A stretch of DNA of 64,000 nt from Micavibrio sp. TMED2 (GTDB lineage Bacteria > Pseudomonadota > Alphaproteobacteria > TMED2), in contig NHBH01000009.1 in the NCBI GenBank assembly GCA_002168225.1, forward strand, positions 785,115 to 849,114, written 5' to 3'. The position numbers and the translations under genes are program-made. The notes beneath the pieces were generated by a model that made no database searches, was not told where the DNA came from, and saw nothing but the letters and a program-made list of their open reading frames with translations. Positions 27,935 through 38,139 of this stretch are shown here, in pieces (the stretch's first letter is position 1; every line of letters starts with the position of its first letter).

Positions 27935-28996
27935 ATGACCGACACGGATCAAACGACAACGCCGGAAGTGCCAGAACCCGAAACCACTGAAACGCCACGG
28001 CCGCGCAAGTCACGGCTATGGCGTTTTGTGATTCTGGGCTTTGCCGTGGTGGCGATTGTTGTCGCCTCGGTCATTGCCGGCAGCTTTGCCTGGATCAACG
28101 CTTGGGCCTTCCGCGCCGGGCCGCTCAGCCAGCAGACGACCGTTGTTATCAAATCCGGACAGGGACTGTCCTCGATTGCCGAAAGCCTGCAGGCTGCCGG
28201 GGTAATCGAGCATCCGCAGCGTCTGGTGCTCTGGGCCCGGCTCAACGATATGGGCCGCAACCTCAAGGCCGGTGAGTACAGTTTCAGCCCCGGCACCAGC
28301 CCGCGCGGTGCGCTGGCGCTGCTGGAGGAAGGCGATGTGGTTATCTATCAGCAGCGCATTCCCGAGGGTCTGACCAACCGTGAGGTTTTCGACCGGCTGG
28401 AAGCTGATGACCGGTTGAGTGGCGAGATCACTGCCCCGCCAGCGGAAGGCTGGCTCTTGCCCGAGACCTATAACTACCAGCGTGATGATGATCGGCAGGA
28501 ACTGGTCTCACGCATGGAACAGGCCATGCGTAACACCCTTGATGCGTTGTGGGACAGCCGCGTCGAGGGCTTGCCGTTCAACACCAAGGAAGAGGCGCTA
28601 GCACTGGCTTCCATCGTGGAGAAGGAAACCGGCCTCGATGCCGAGCGGGCCAAGGTTGCCGCTGTCTTCGTCAATCGCCTGAAGCGCGGTATGAAACTGC
28701 AATCGGACCCGACCGTGATCTATGCCCTGACCGACGGGCAGCAGCCGCTGGGTCGAATGCTGACCCGCGCCGACTGGAAGTTCGATCACCCTTATAACAC
28801 CTACCGGATTGCCGGACTGCCGCCGGGACCGATTGCCAATCCGGGTCGGGCGTCGATTGAGGCCGTGCTTAATCCCGACAGCCATAATTACATCTTCTTC
28901 GTCGCCGATGGCAGCGGTGGTCACGCCTTTGCCGTCACCTATGACGAGCATAAACGGAACATCGCGCGGGCCAGGGCTGCGCGGAACGGAAACTGA
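27935..28996 (+). CDS. mltG: Endolytic transglycosylase MltG
   Basis: N-terminal TM, PEG motif, LASIVEKET, LQSDPT, YNTY...GLPPGPI. Confidence 0.95.
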   Translation: MTDTDQTTTPEVPEPETTETPRPRKSRLWRFVILGFAVVAIVVASVIAGSFAWINAWAFRAGPLSQQTTVVIKSGQGLSSIAESLQAAGVIEHPQRLVLWARLNDMGRNLKAGEYSFSPGTSPRGALALLEEGDVVIYQQRIPEGLTNREVFDRLEADDRLSGEITAPPAEGWLLPETYNYQRDDDRQELVSRMEQAMRNTLDALWDSRVEGLPFNTKEEALALASIVEKETGLDAERAKVAAVFVNRLKRGMKLQSDPTVIYALTDGQQPLGRMLTRADWKFDHPYNTYRIAGLPPGPIANPGRASIEAVLNPDSHNYIFFVADGSGGHAFAVTYDEHKRNIARARAARNGN

Positions 28997-28999
28997 CCC

Positions 29000-29911
29000 A
29001 TGACTGATAAGACTGCCTCCGCACCGGTATCCAGTATGACCGGATACGCCAATATCGCCGGTGGTGCCGAGGGCGTGCGCTGGACGTTCGAGGCGCGCAG
29101 CGTCAATGGCCGTGGCCTTGATATCAAGCTGCGCCTGCCATCCGGCTGGGACGTGCTCGATGGGATCATCAAGGAGCAGTGCCGCAAGCATTTGGTCCGG
29201 GGCAATGTTTCGATCTCGGTTCAGATCGAGAGCGATCAGGCCGATACCGCCATGTCGCTAAACGAATCACTGGTCCGGCAACTGACCGAAATTGCCGACA
29301 AGGCCGCTGCCATTACCGGCCAGACGGTCAGTCTCGACAATATTCTGACCATTCGCGGTGTGCTGGAAGAGGCAGAACCGACCCGCCAGCTCGAGACGAC
29401 AATCGAGGCGGTTCAAGCATCAATCACAACGGATATCGAGGCGCTGATCAGTGCCCTGCAGACCGCTCGCCGTGCCGAGGGTTCGGCTCTGCACGATATC
29501 CTGAAGGGGCACCGGCAAACCCTCGGTGACCTGATTGTACAGGCGGAGGGTCAGGCCCGGACCATACCGGACGAACTGCGCAGCAAACTGACCCAAAGTA
29601 TTGAAGAACTTACCAGAGAGACGGATGTCTCGATTGCCGAGGAACGCCTGGCGCAGGAAGTCGTTATGCTCGCGACCAAGGCCGATGTGCGTGAGGAGAT
29701 CGACCGGCTGAAGGCCCATATGGCGAGCCTAGACGAGTTGCTGGGTGAGGGGCGCGGTATCGGGCGGCGGCTCGATTTTCTGGCACAGGAATTCAACCGG
29801 GAAGCTAATACCCTGTGCTCGAAATCCAGCACGACCGGCATGACAAAAACCGGTCTTGCACTGAAAACTGTCATCGATCAGTTGCGCGAACAGGTTCAAA
29901 ATGTTGAATAA
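29000..29911 (+). CDS. yicC: YicC/YloC-family endoribonuclease
   Basis: SMTGY, RSVNGR, EEIDRL, GRRLDFLAQEFNREANT, REQVQNVE. Confidence 0.93.
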   Translation: MTDKTASAPVSSMTGYANIAGGAEGVRWTFEARSVNGRGLDIKLRLPSGWDVLDGIIKEQCRKHLVRGNVSISVQIESDQADTAMSLNESLVRQLTEIADKAAAITGQTVSLDNILTIRGVLEEAEPTRQLETTIEAVQASITTDIEALISALQTARRAEGSALHDILKGHRQTLGDLIVQAEGQARTIPDELRSKLTQSIEELTRETDVSIAEERLAQEVVMLATKADVREEIDRLKAHMASLDELLGEGRGIGRRLDFLAQEFNREANTLCSKSSTTGMTKTGLALKTVIDQLREQVQNVE

Positions 29912-29944
29912 CAGGCTATGACCCTCTGAGCTACCGCGTGCCCC

Positions 29945-30706
29945 ATGACCGAGACCACTGCCAATACCGCTGAAAACGGCCTGCCCGAGGCGCTTGTCGC
30001 CCTGACAAAGCGCTTCAACTCCATGCCCTTGGGCGATGGCTCTGAGGTGCCGAACCGTGAGGGCGCGATTGCCGCGCCCGGGGTCAAGCGTCGCGGCCTG
30101 ATGCTGGTGCTGTCCTCGCCATCGGGAGCGGGAAAAACCACCATCTCACGCCGCCTGCTGGCCGATAATCCGGGAATGGCGCTGTCGATCTCCGTCACCA
30201 CCCGCCCGATGCGTCCGGGTGAGGAGGATGGTCGCGACTATTACTTCGTCACCGAGGAAGAGTACCGGCTGCTGGTGGAGCATAACCAGTTGCTCGAACA
30301 TGCCATGGTCTTTGGCAACTATTACGGCACGCCAAAAGCGCCGGTTGAGGCGGCCCTGAGTGCCGGTCGGGATATCCTGTTTGATATTGACTGGCAGGGG
30401 ACGCAGCAGATGGCGGACAGTGCCCGCCCGGACCTCGTTACGGTCTTCATCCTGCCGCCCTCAGCGGATGAACTGGAGCGCCGCCTGAAGGCACGGGCAC
30501 AGGACAGTGCCGAGGTGATCGCCAAGCGCATGGGCAAGGCGGCTGGCGAGATGAGCCACCATTCGGAATATGATTACGTGATCATCAATCACAATCTGGA
30601 TCTGAGCGTTGAGCGGGTGCAGACCATTATCGAGGCCGAACGCCTCAAGCGCGTGCGTCAGAGCGGGTTGATCGACTTCGTCCGGCAGTTGCAGCAGGGC
30701 TGCTAG
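29945..30706 (+). CDS. gmk: Guanylate kinase with N-terminal extension
   Basis: SSPSGAGKT, TTRPMRPGE, YYGT, DIDWQG. Confidence 0.95.
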   Translation: MTETTANTAENGLPEALVALTKRFNSMPLGDGSEVPNREGAIAAPGVKRRGLMLVLSSPSGAGKTTISRRLLADNPGMALSISVTTRPMRPGEEDGRDYYFVTEEEYRLLVEHNQLLEHAMVFGNYYGTPKAPVEAALSAGRDILFDIDWQGTQQMADSARPDLVTVFILPPSADELERRLKARAQDSAEVIAKRMGKAAGEMSHHSEYDYVIINHNLDLSVERVQTIIEAERLKRVRQSGLIDFVRQLQQGC

Positions 30707-30708
30707 CT

Positions 30709-31575
30709 CTAGCCCGCTGTTGTCCCGACACGCATCTGTGCGATGCGCAGGAAGTCCGGCGGTGCGATTTCTTCCGCACGGGCCGTGGGTTTGATGCCAA
30801 GCTCCTCCAGTGCTGCAACCGGATCATCGAACACGGTTTTCAGACTGCTGCGCAGCATCTTGCGCCGCTGACCGAAAGCGGCTGCTGTTACCTTTTCCAG
30901 TGCGGAAAATTCTTCGCGTGACAGACCCGGCTCGCGCGGCGTCAGGCGGACAACGGCACTGTCGATCTTGGGCGGCGGGGTAAAGGCACGGGCCGGGATG
31001 GTCATAACATAGCTGACATTGGCACAAAGCTGCGCCAGCACCGACAACCGGCCATAGGCCTTGCTGCCGGTCGCAGCGGCTATCCGGTCGGCAACCTCAC
31101 GCTGGAACATCAGGGTCAGTGAGTGAAATTCCGGCATCTGGCCAAGCCAGTTGATCAGCATCGGCGTGCCCACATTATAGGGCAGATTGGCGACGATCGC
31201 CCGTGGGGCCGGTACTGCCTCAACGAGGTTCACGGTCAGGGCGTCGGCGGAGATCACCCGGAAAAAGCCGTCGCAGGCATCGACCAGCGGTTGCTGGAAG
31301 GCGACAAACCGTTCGTCGCGTTCGATGGCGATAAAGCTGGCGAGGTCAGCCTCGACCAGTGCCCGGGTCAGGCCACCGGGGCCAGGGCCGATCTCGATGG
31401 CATTGATTGCCGGTGTCAGCCCGGCTTCACGCACGATCCGCCGGGTCAGGTTCAGGTCGAGCAGGAAATGCTGGCCGAAGGATTTGCGCGCCCACAGCCC
31501 CTCGCTCTGCAACTGATCGCTGAGCTTGGGCATGGCCTCCACATGGGCAATACGGCTGGCAAGATCAGTGGTCAT
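30709..31575 (-). CDS. rsmA: 16S rRNA m6,2A dimethyltransferase
   Basis: KSFGQHFL, EIGPGPGGLT, ANLPYN, FGQRRK. Confidence 0.96.
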   Translation of the reverse strand: MTTDLASRIAHVEAMPKLSDQLQSEGLWARKSFGQHFLLDLNLTRRIVREAGLTPAINAIEIGPGPGGLTRALVEADLASFIAIERDERFVAFQQPLVDACDGFFRVISADALTVNLVEAVPAPRAIVANLPYNVGTPMLINWLGQMPEFHSLTLMFQREVADRIAAATGSKAYGRLSVLAQLCANVSYVMTIPARAFTPPPKIDSAVVRLTPREPGLSREEFSALEKVTAAAFGQRRKMLRSSLKTVFDDPVAALEELGIKPTARAEEIAPPDFLRIAQMRVGTTAG

Positions 31576-32599
31576 TGTCATGCTCGCCCTTATCGGCCAT
31601 CTCTGCCGCCATATTGATCGCCGCAATCAGGCTGTCCGGTTGGGCAATACCCTTGCCGGCAATGTCGAAGGCGGTGCCGTGATCCGGTGATGTACGGATA
31701 AACGGTAGGCCAAGCGTGACATTCACCGTATTCGCCATATCCAGTGTCTTTACCGGGATCAGCGCCTGATCGTGATACATGCAGAGCGCCACATCATAGA
31801 AGCTGCGCTTGCTCTGTTCAAACAGGGTATCGGCGGGGAAGGGGCCGTTGGCATCAATGCCCTTGGCCTGCAGCGCGGCAATGGCGGGTTTGATGATCTC
31901 GTCATCCTCCTTGCCCATGAGGCCGCTTTCCCCGGCATGGGGGTTGAGGCCGGAAATTGCGAGGCGTGGGTGGGTGATGCCGAAATTCGCCGTGAGGTCG
32001 GCAGCGGCAATCTCCGCCGTTTCGATAATCAGATCGGTGTTGAGCACCAACGGCACCGTGGCGAGCGCGATATGCACGGTAACCGGTATGGTGCGGAGAG
32101 ACGGTCCCGCCAGCATCATGACCGGACGGCGCACAGTATGTCCCGCATCCTCGGCGAGCTGTCCCAGATACTCGGTATGGCCCGGATGCCTGAACCCGGC
32201 GCGGATCAGCACGTCTTTGGCGATCGGATTGGTAATGACAGCGGCAGCGTGGCCATCGAGCGTTGCGGCAACAGCGCGCTCGATACTGGCCAGAATGGCG
32301 GCGGCATTGTCGCTCGATGGTTTGCCTGGCTCTGCGGCAACTGGCATCGGCAGCGGCCAGACATGCAGTGTGTCGGATTTTGCTTCAGGAATGCTGTCCA
32401 ACGTATCGGTGGCATCAAGCACATTGATTGCCGTGTCGATCCCCAACTGCTGTTTGAGTTTGTTGAGGCGGTCAGGGTCATCAAGGGCAATGACCGGGCG
32501 ATCGCCGGTCTTCAGCCGCGCATCGGCGATGGCGCGCAACAGGATTTCCCCGCCGATCCCGGCCGGGTCGCCCATGGTGACAAGAAGCGGTTTCATCAT
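31565..32599 (-). CDS. pdxA: 4-hydroxythreonine-4-phosphate dehydrogenase
   Basis: MGDPAGIG, GHTE, LNPHAGE, MYHDQ, RTSPDHGT. Confidence 0.96.
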   Translation of the reverse strand: MMKPLLVTMGDPAGIGGEILLRAIADARLKTGDRPVIALDDPDRLNKLKQQLGIDTAINVLDATDTLDSIPEAKSDTLHVWPLPMPVAAEPGKPSSDNAAAILASIERAVAATLDGHAAAVITNPIAKDVLIRAGFRHPGHTEYLGQLAEDAGHTVRRPVMMLAGPSLRTIPVTVHIALATVPLVLNTDLIIETAEIAAADLTANFGITHPRLAISGLNPHAGESGLMGKEDDEIIKPAIAALQAKGIDANGPFPADTLFEQSKRSFYDVALCMYHDQALIPVKTLDMANTVNVTLGLPFIRTSPDHGTAFDIAGKGIAQPDSLIAAINMAAEMADKGEHDNDH

Positions 32600-32617
32600 G
32601 CCCTGTTGCCTGCTGCC

Positions 32618-33937
32618 TTACTCTTCTGCTGTGCGCCGGTCGATATAGGCGGCGGAGCGCAGATCACGCAGATAGCGCTTTTGCAGCAGGTCGAGACGCT
32701 CAAGGCTGAGGGTGTTCTCGATCTCGGTGTCGCTCGGCAGGGTCAGATCGCCTTCCTCACGGCCACAAACCATGACGAGGGCGGCAATCTCACCGAGGTT
32801 GAGTGGCGCGCTGATCTGGCCGACCGAGAGGTTGGATACGGCGGCCTGAAACGTCGGGTTGAGATTGCCGAGCGTAACCTCGCCCATATCGCTCGATAGG
32901 TTGGATGATGAGGCATCAATCGCTGCCTGCATGGCATCGCAGTCAGCAATGTTCTTGGCGGCAGTGGCTGCGGCTGCAATACGCTCGCTGGCGCTTTGTC
33001 CCTCAACCGGCTCAAAAATCAGCTGTTTCAGGCTGACCTTGGTATTCTCGGCGGCCTTAGGTTCGCGGACATTACGGATGGCGAGCAGGTGCCAGCCGTC
33101 CTGAGTGCGTACCGGTGGGCTGATCCGGTTGACGCCAATACGCGGCAGGATCGCGTCAAGCTCGGGCGCAAGCTGACCGGGCTGGACCCAGCCGAGGCTG
33201 CCGCCATTCTGCGCGCCGACACCACGGGAGAACTGGGCGGCCACGGCGACGAAGGGCGCGCCCTGACGGATCTGCTCCAGCAGACGCCGGGCGAGGGCTT
33301 CTACCTGTTGGGATTGCGACGGATCATCGACCGGCAGGAAGATTTCCTGTACCAGATAGGCGGTCTGGGTCTGTTGCTGGCGGATCTGGTCGCGACGAAT
33401 TGCGATGTCATCCTTGCTGATCGACACCTGCCGGTTCAGGCGCGCCTGAATTACCTTGCGCCATGCCACGTCAGCACGCATCTGGTCCCGCAGGCTCGAC
33501 ATGGGAATGCCGAGACCATTGATCATGCTTGCAAAGCCTTCCGGGGTCATGCTGTTGCGTTCGGCCATGAGGCGCAGTTCCTCATCCAGCTCTTCTTCCG
33601 TGACCTGAAGTTCGAGGCGCTTGGCTTCCTGCAGCTTCAGTTTTTCGTCGATCAGGGTCTGGACCACCTGTGGCTGCAGCCGCGCGCGGATTTCCTCGCT
33701 GTCCTGCAAGCCGGCAGCGCTGATGGCGATGGCCATGCGGTCACGCAGGTCGGAGAAAGAAATCACATCGTCATTGACCACGGCGGCAATGCCCGCTACC
33801 TGCGCATGAGCAGGCGGGGCTGCAAAGGCCAGTGATGCGCTGAAGGCGATGGCTAAAAATATCGCCTTTACAATGTGTTGTTTGGTGTTTCTGAACATTG
33901 TTTTTGGTTTTTCTGTTGCGTGTTTTTTGCTATCCAT
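32618..33937 (-). CDS. surA: SurA-type periplasmic chaperone/parvulin PPIase
   Basis: Signal peptide, AAVVNDDVI, LIDEKLKLQEA, GGSLGW, YLRDLRSAAYID; start may be 33898. Confidence 0.88.
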   Translation of the reverse strand: MDSKKHATEKPKTMFRNTKQHIVKAIFLAIAFSASLAFAAPPAHAQVAGIAAVVNDDVISFSDLRDRMAIAISAAGLQDSEEIRARLQPQVVQTLIDEKLKLQEAKRLELQVTEEELDEELRLMAERNSMTPEGFASMINGLGIPMSSLRDQMRADVAWRKVIQARLNRQVSISKDDIAIRRDQIRQQQTQTAYLVQEIFLPVDDPSQSQQVEALARRLLEQIRQGAPFVAVAAQFSRGVGAQNGGSLGWVQPGQLAPELDAILPRIGVNRISPPVRTQDGWHLLAIRNVREPKAAENTKVSLKQLIFEPVEGQSASERIAAAATAAKNIADCDAMQAAIDASSSNLSSDMGEVTLGNLNPTFQAAVSNLSVGQISAPLNLGEIAALVMVCGREEGDLTLPSDTEIENTLSLERLDLLQKRYLRDLRSAAYIDRRTAEE

Positions 33938-35027
33938 CCTCAGATTGCAGCAGGGCGGCGAGGCCGGTCAGGATGCTGCAGATGGCCGGGATAGAGGCGG
34001 CGATTGTTGGTGGTATGGTTTCCGATGTGCCGAGAGCCTGTGCCAGATCGCGCAGGAAGAAAAAGCCGAAACCGGTCATAAGCCCTGCGGCGACCAGCAT
34101 CAAGGTGCCGCCACGCCGCGGCGGGCGCAGCGAGAAGGCGGCGGCAATCAGCACCATGCCCGCGAACAGCAGCGGTTCGGCGAGCAGGCCGTAATAATGC
34201 AGTCGCGTACGGATGGCGGAGAAGCCGGTTTCCTCCAGCGTCCTGATATAGTCAGGCAGCGCCCAGAAGGAAATCTGGTCCGGCTGGGCAAAACTTTCCT
34301 CGATCGTATTGGCGGTGAGATCGGTGTTGATGCGATAGCCCTCAACCTCGACCGGCGCACGCCCGGGTTCATTGATCCAGGCATGGCCGAACTGCCATTC
34401 GCCATTGACCAGACGGCCATAGGTGGCATCGAGCCTGCCCATGAACTGGTCGCCCTCGAAGAACAGGGCGACCGCGTCGCTGATCTCCATGGTTTCCGGC
34501 TTGATATTTTCGGCATGGATGATGGTTTCGCCCTGCGGATTGGCCTGACGCAGCCAGAGACCGGAGGCGGCGAGGTTGATCCCACTGGTCTGGCCCCGGA
34601 AATAGCGGTTTTCCTGTTCCACGAATTTGGTGATCAGGACCGAGGAAAACGGATTGATAACCGTGATCTTGACGATGCCGAAGCCGAGACCGATCACCAG
34701 TGCCGGCAACAGGAACTGCCAGGCCGAAACCCCGGCGGAGCGGGCGACGATCAGCTCCTGACTGCGGGTCAGCTTCCAGAACGCGTACATGGCGCCGAAC
34801 AGGATGGCGAGCGGGATGATCTGCTGGCCGACCTCGGGCAGTTTCAGCAGGCTCATCTGCAGAACGGCAAAGATGTCCAGTTCCGCCTTCTTCGAGGCCC
34901 GCCGGAACAGCTCAAGGGTATCGAACAGCAGCACAACGCCGAGCAGCATACCGAGCATCAACGCCACGTAACCGGCAAAGGTACGACCGATATAGCGGTA
35001 CAGGGTGAGCGGCAGTTTGTTCAGCAT
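33930..35027 (-). CDS. lptG: LPS export permease LptG
   Basis: LYRYIGR, SQELIVARSAGVS, LWLRQ; six-TM LptF/G layout. Confidence 0.9.
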   Translation of the reverse strand: MLNKLPLTLYRYIGRTFAGYVALMLGMLLGVVLLFDTLELFRRASKKAELDIFAVLQMSLLKLPEVGQQIIPLAILFGAMYAFWKLTRSQELIVARSAGVSAWQFLLPALVIGLGFGIVKITVINPFSSVLITKFVEQENRYFRGQTSGINLAASGLWLRQANPQGETIIHAENIKPETMEISDAVALFFEGDQFMGRLDATYGRLVNGEWQFGHAWINEPGRAPVEVEGYRINTDLTANTIEESFAQPDQISFWALPDYIRTLEETGFSAIRTRLHYYGLLAEPLLFAGMVLIAAAFSLRPPRRGGTLMLVAAGLMTGFGFFFLRDLAQALGTSETIPPTIAASIPAICSILTGLAALLQSEDG

Positions 35028-35030
35028 GGC

Positions 35031-36224
35031 CTAACCCTCCCGCTGTGGGGCATAGGCCGGGCGCGGGCCAAGCGATGTTGAGCCGGACGTATGGCCGGTA
35101 TCGCCATCATTGCCGCGTGCCGGTGGTGGCTTCCGGTGCAGCAACCGGGTCAGGGAGCCGGTCAGCACCAGCAGGGAGACAGCGGTTGCGGTCAGCGGTA
35201 CGGCATACATCAGCGTGACACCCCACCAGCCGCGATTGGCCGCATCGCTGAGGCCGAGGGTAGCCGCCTCCAGAATGATCAGCATCAGAAAGGCAAAGGA
35301 AACCCGCTTTGACTGCCCGCGTCGGTTGAATTCACCGGTCAGCAGGATCGCCAGCAGGCTGAGTGGTATTGCGAGGCCATAGAGCGGTTGCGACAGCTGG
35401 CTGTGTGCCTCGGCCCGATAGCGGCGCATGGTTTCCGCATCGGTCGGTTCTTTCGGGAACAGCAGCTGCCACAGGGTACGCTCGCCGATTTCCGGGATCG
35501 GTTCTTCGGCATTCTTGGTAAACAGGGCGAGGTCGATGGTGTAGCGGTCGAACGAGAGCTGCTGCAATCGGCCCGGCTGCTCGGTTTCTTCCTGCCTGAC
35601 ACCGTTGAACACGATGACCTGTGGCCCCTGTGGCCCTTCGCGCAGCTGGCCGCGCTCGGCCATGATCACCACCGGCTTTGCCGGATCGCGGGTGTCCTGA
35701 AACACGATGCCATGCAGAACGCCGCGCTCCTCACGTTCGCGGACATAGAGGGTCATGTTGCCGCCGAGGGAGTTGAAGACGCCCGGGCGGATCAGGACAT
35801 CGGAGAACTGTGCCGCCAGCTGTTCCTGCTGCAGGGTGAATTGCCATTTGGCGCTCGGCTGGGCATAGGTGTGCAGGGCCATGAGGGCCAGCATGATGCC
35901 GATCGACAGGAACAGGGCAGGTTGGGCCAGTGTCCACTGGCTGATGCCGACGGCACGCATGACAACAAGTTCAGAATCGTTGAGCAATTTGTTGTAAACA
36001 AACACAATTCCGACCCCGGCTGCGATCGGCAACAGTACAGTCAGGAAGTTGGGCAGGGTGAACAGAACCAGTGCCAGAAACTCGGCCAGTCCGGCCCCGC
36101 CATTGACCGCCAGTTCGAGAAACCGCAGGGACTGGGTCAACCACAGGGCAACCGCCAGCGTGATCAGAATCAGCCCGGTCGCTGTCATCAGCAGGGTCAG
36201 AATGTAACTGTACAGACGCGGCAC
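35031..36224 (-). CDS. lptF: LPS export permease LptF
   Basis: WLTQSLRFL, DSELVVMRAVG, PGVFN, FDRYTIDL. Confidence 0.9.
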   Translation of the reverse strand: MPRLYSYILTLLMTATGLILITLAVALWLTQSLRFLELAVNGGAGLAEFLALVLFTLPNFLTVLLPIAAGVGIVFVYNKLLNDSELVVMRAVGISQWTLAQPALFLSIGIMLALMALHTYAQPSAKWQFTLQQEQLAAQFSDVLIRPGVFNSLGGNMTLYVREREERGVLHGIVFQDTRDPAKPVVIMAERGQLREGPQGPQVIVFNGVRQEETEQPGRLQQLSFDRYTIDLALFTKNAEEPIPEIGERTLWQLLFPKEPTDAETMRRYRAEAHSQLSQPLYGLAIPLSLLAILLTGEFNRRGQSKRVSFAFLMLIILEAATLGLSDAANRGWWGVTLMYAVPLTATAVSLLVLTGSLTRLLHRKPPPARGNDGDTGHTSGSTSLGPRPAYAPQREG

Positions 36225-36562
36225 TTCTAATTCGTCTCTGTAGCGGGTCCGGCATCAGATCTGTGATCACAGCTGCGGTCACAAATGGATTGCCGTGCAT
36301 TTTGTCTCGGGCCCGGCGTTTTTATGCGGTTGGCCCAAGCGAATGCTTGTTTCACCGCCAAACATGGCTACCCTATGGCGGTATTAGCAAATTAGAGCGT
36401 TACGGGCATCGTCTGATTGCGTGCAGCCGTTATTCTCTATCATCCTGCCGGGACCGGTTCTCAGGTCCCATATGGTGCATAAATCATTGTCAGGCTAGGG
36501 AAAGCTGGGATTTTTACAGCTCTCCAGTCTCGCCACCGGTTCTTGATTGAGGGGTTTTTGCC

Positions 36563-38116
36563 TTGTTGAAAGTTAGTTTCTCGGATCGTTCCCTGCCTAA
36601 ATCCGGCAGTCTGGTCATCCCTGTATTTGCCGATTCTGTCCTCGGAACGGCGGCAAAGGAACTGGATGAGGCTTCCGGCGGCTATATTTCCGCGGTCATG
36701 AAACGGCGTGACTTCACCGGTACCGCAGGTTCGGTGCAGGTGGTGACCAAGCCATCAGGGCTCGATTATGACGAGTTGGTGCTGGTCGGCCTCGGCAAGG
36801 CCAGCGCTGTTACCGATATGGCGGCAGAAGAGGCCGGTGGCCGATTGTTCGCCAGCCTTGGTGAGATCAAGGTAACCGACGCGACCCTGTTGCTTGAAGC
36901 ACCGGACGATATCGCCATCGAGTTGACCGAACTGGCCGCCCGCATCGGTTTCGGCTGTGCGCTGCGCGATTACAGCTTTGAGAAGTACAAGACCAAAAAA
37001 GCTGACAAGAAATCAGAGAAGTCAGACAAGGGGCTGAAAAAACTGAAAATTGTCGCTGATGGTGCGGCGAAGGCGCGGACGCTTTACACCGGCTATGAGG
37101 CCGTGGCCGATGCCGTGCATTATGCCCGTGATCTGGTCAGTGAACCACCGAATGAGCTCTATCCTGACGAGTACGCCAAGCGCGTTGCCAAGCTCGAGGA
37201 GCTGGGTCTCGAGGTCGAGGTGCTGGATCAGAAGCAGCTTGAGAAACAGGGCTTCAAGGCATTGCTCGCCGTTGGGCAGGGCAGTGACCGCAACAGCGCC
37301 CTTGTGGTGATGAAGTACAAGGGGCTGGAGAGCGGCAAGGCTTCAAAGTCGAAGGGCAAGTCCAAGAAAGAAAAAGAGTTTTCGACCGCGCCGGTGGCTT
37401 TTGTCGGCAAGGGCATCACCTTCGATACCGGTGGTATTTCACTGAAGCCGCCTGCCGGTATGGGCGACATGAAATGGGATATGGCCGGGTCTGCCGCGGT
37501 GGTCGGCGTCATGGCGGCACTTGCCGGGCGCAAGGCCAAGGTCAATGCGGTCGGTGTTATCGCGCTGGCGGAGAACATGCCATCGGGCAAGGCAACCCGT
37601 CCGGGCGACATCATCGGCTCGCTCTCCGGCCAGTCGATTGAGGTGCTGAATACCGATGCCGAGGGCCGTCTGGTTCTGGCCGATGCCCTCTGGTACACCG
37701 AAGATCGCTTCAAGCCGCAATTCATGGTCGATCTGGCAACCCTGACCGGCGCCATTCTGGTAGCGCTCGGCAAGGAATTTGCCGGTATGTTCACCGACAA
37801 TGACGAACTGGCCGGGCGGTTGAGCGCGGCCGGGTCAACGGTAGGCGAGAAGGTCTGGCGCATGCCGCTGGACGATGCCTATGACAAGATGCTGGATACC
37901 GCTGCTGCCGATATGAAGAATATCGGCGGGCGTGACGCGGGCAGTGCCACGGCGGCACATTTCCTCAAGCGCTTCGTCCGTGAGGTGCCATGGGCGCATC
38001 TGGATATTGCCGGTATGGCCTGGTCAGAAAAGACCACGCCGCGTACGCCCAAGGGTGGCACGGCATTTGGTGTCCGTCTGCTTGATCAGCTGGTCCGGGA
38101 CAATTACGAAAAGTAA
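36563..38116 (+). CDS. pepA: Leucyl aminopeptidase (M17)
   Basis: VGKGITFDTGG, MKWDMAG, NTDAEGRL, WAHLDIAG. Confidence 0.96.
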   Translation: MLKVSFSDRSLPKSGSLVIPVFADSVLGTAAKELDEASGGYISAVMKRRDFTGTAGSVQVVTKPSGLDYDELVLVGLGKASAVTDMAAEEAGGRLFASLGEIKVTDATLLLEAPDDIAIELTELAARIGFGCALRDYSFEKYKTKKADKKSEKSDKGLKKLKIVADGAAKARTLYTGYEAVADAVHYARDLVSEPPNELYPDEYAKRVAKLEELGLEVEVLDQKQLEKQGFKALLAVGQGSDRNSALVVMKYKGLESGKASKSKGKSKKEKEFSTAPVAFVGKGITFDTGGISLKPPAGMGDMKWDMAGSAAVVGVMAALAGRKAKVNAVGVIALAENMPSGKATRPGDIIGSLSGQSIEVLNTDAEGRLVLADALWYTEDRFKPQFMVDLATLTGAILVALGKEFAGMFTDNDELAGRLSAAGSTVGEKVWRMPLDDAYDKMLDTAAADMKNIGGRDAGSATAAHFLKRFVREVPWAHLDIAGMAWSEKTTPRTPKGGTAFGVRLLDQLVRDNYEK

Positions 38117-38139
38117 GCACATTCAAGGTCTTGTTCTGA

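Noticed and set aside
29945-30085. N-terminal extension of Gmk
   Set aside because: It may be a start-codon artefact (alternative ATG near 30022) and has no recognisable motif.
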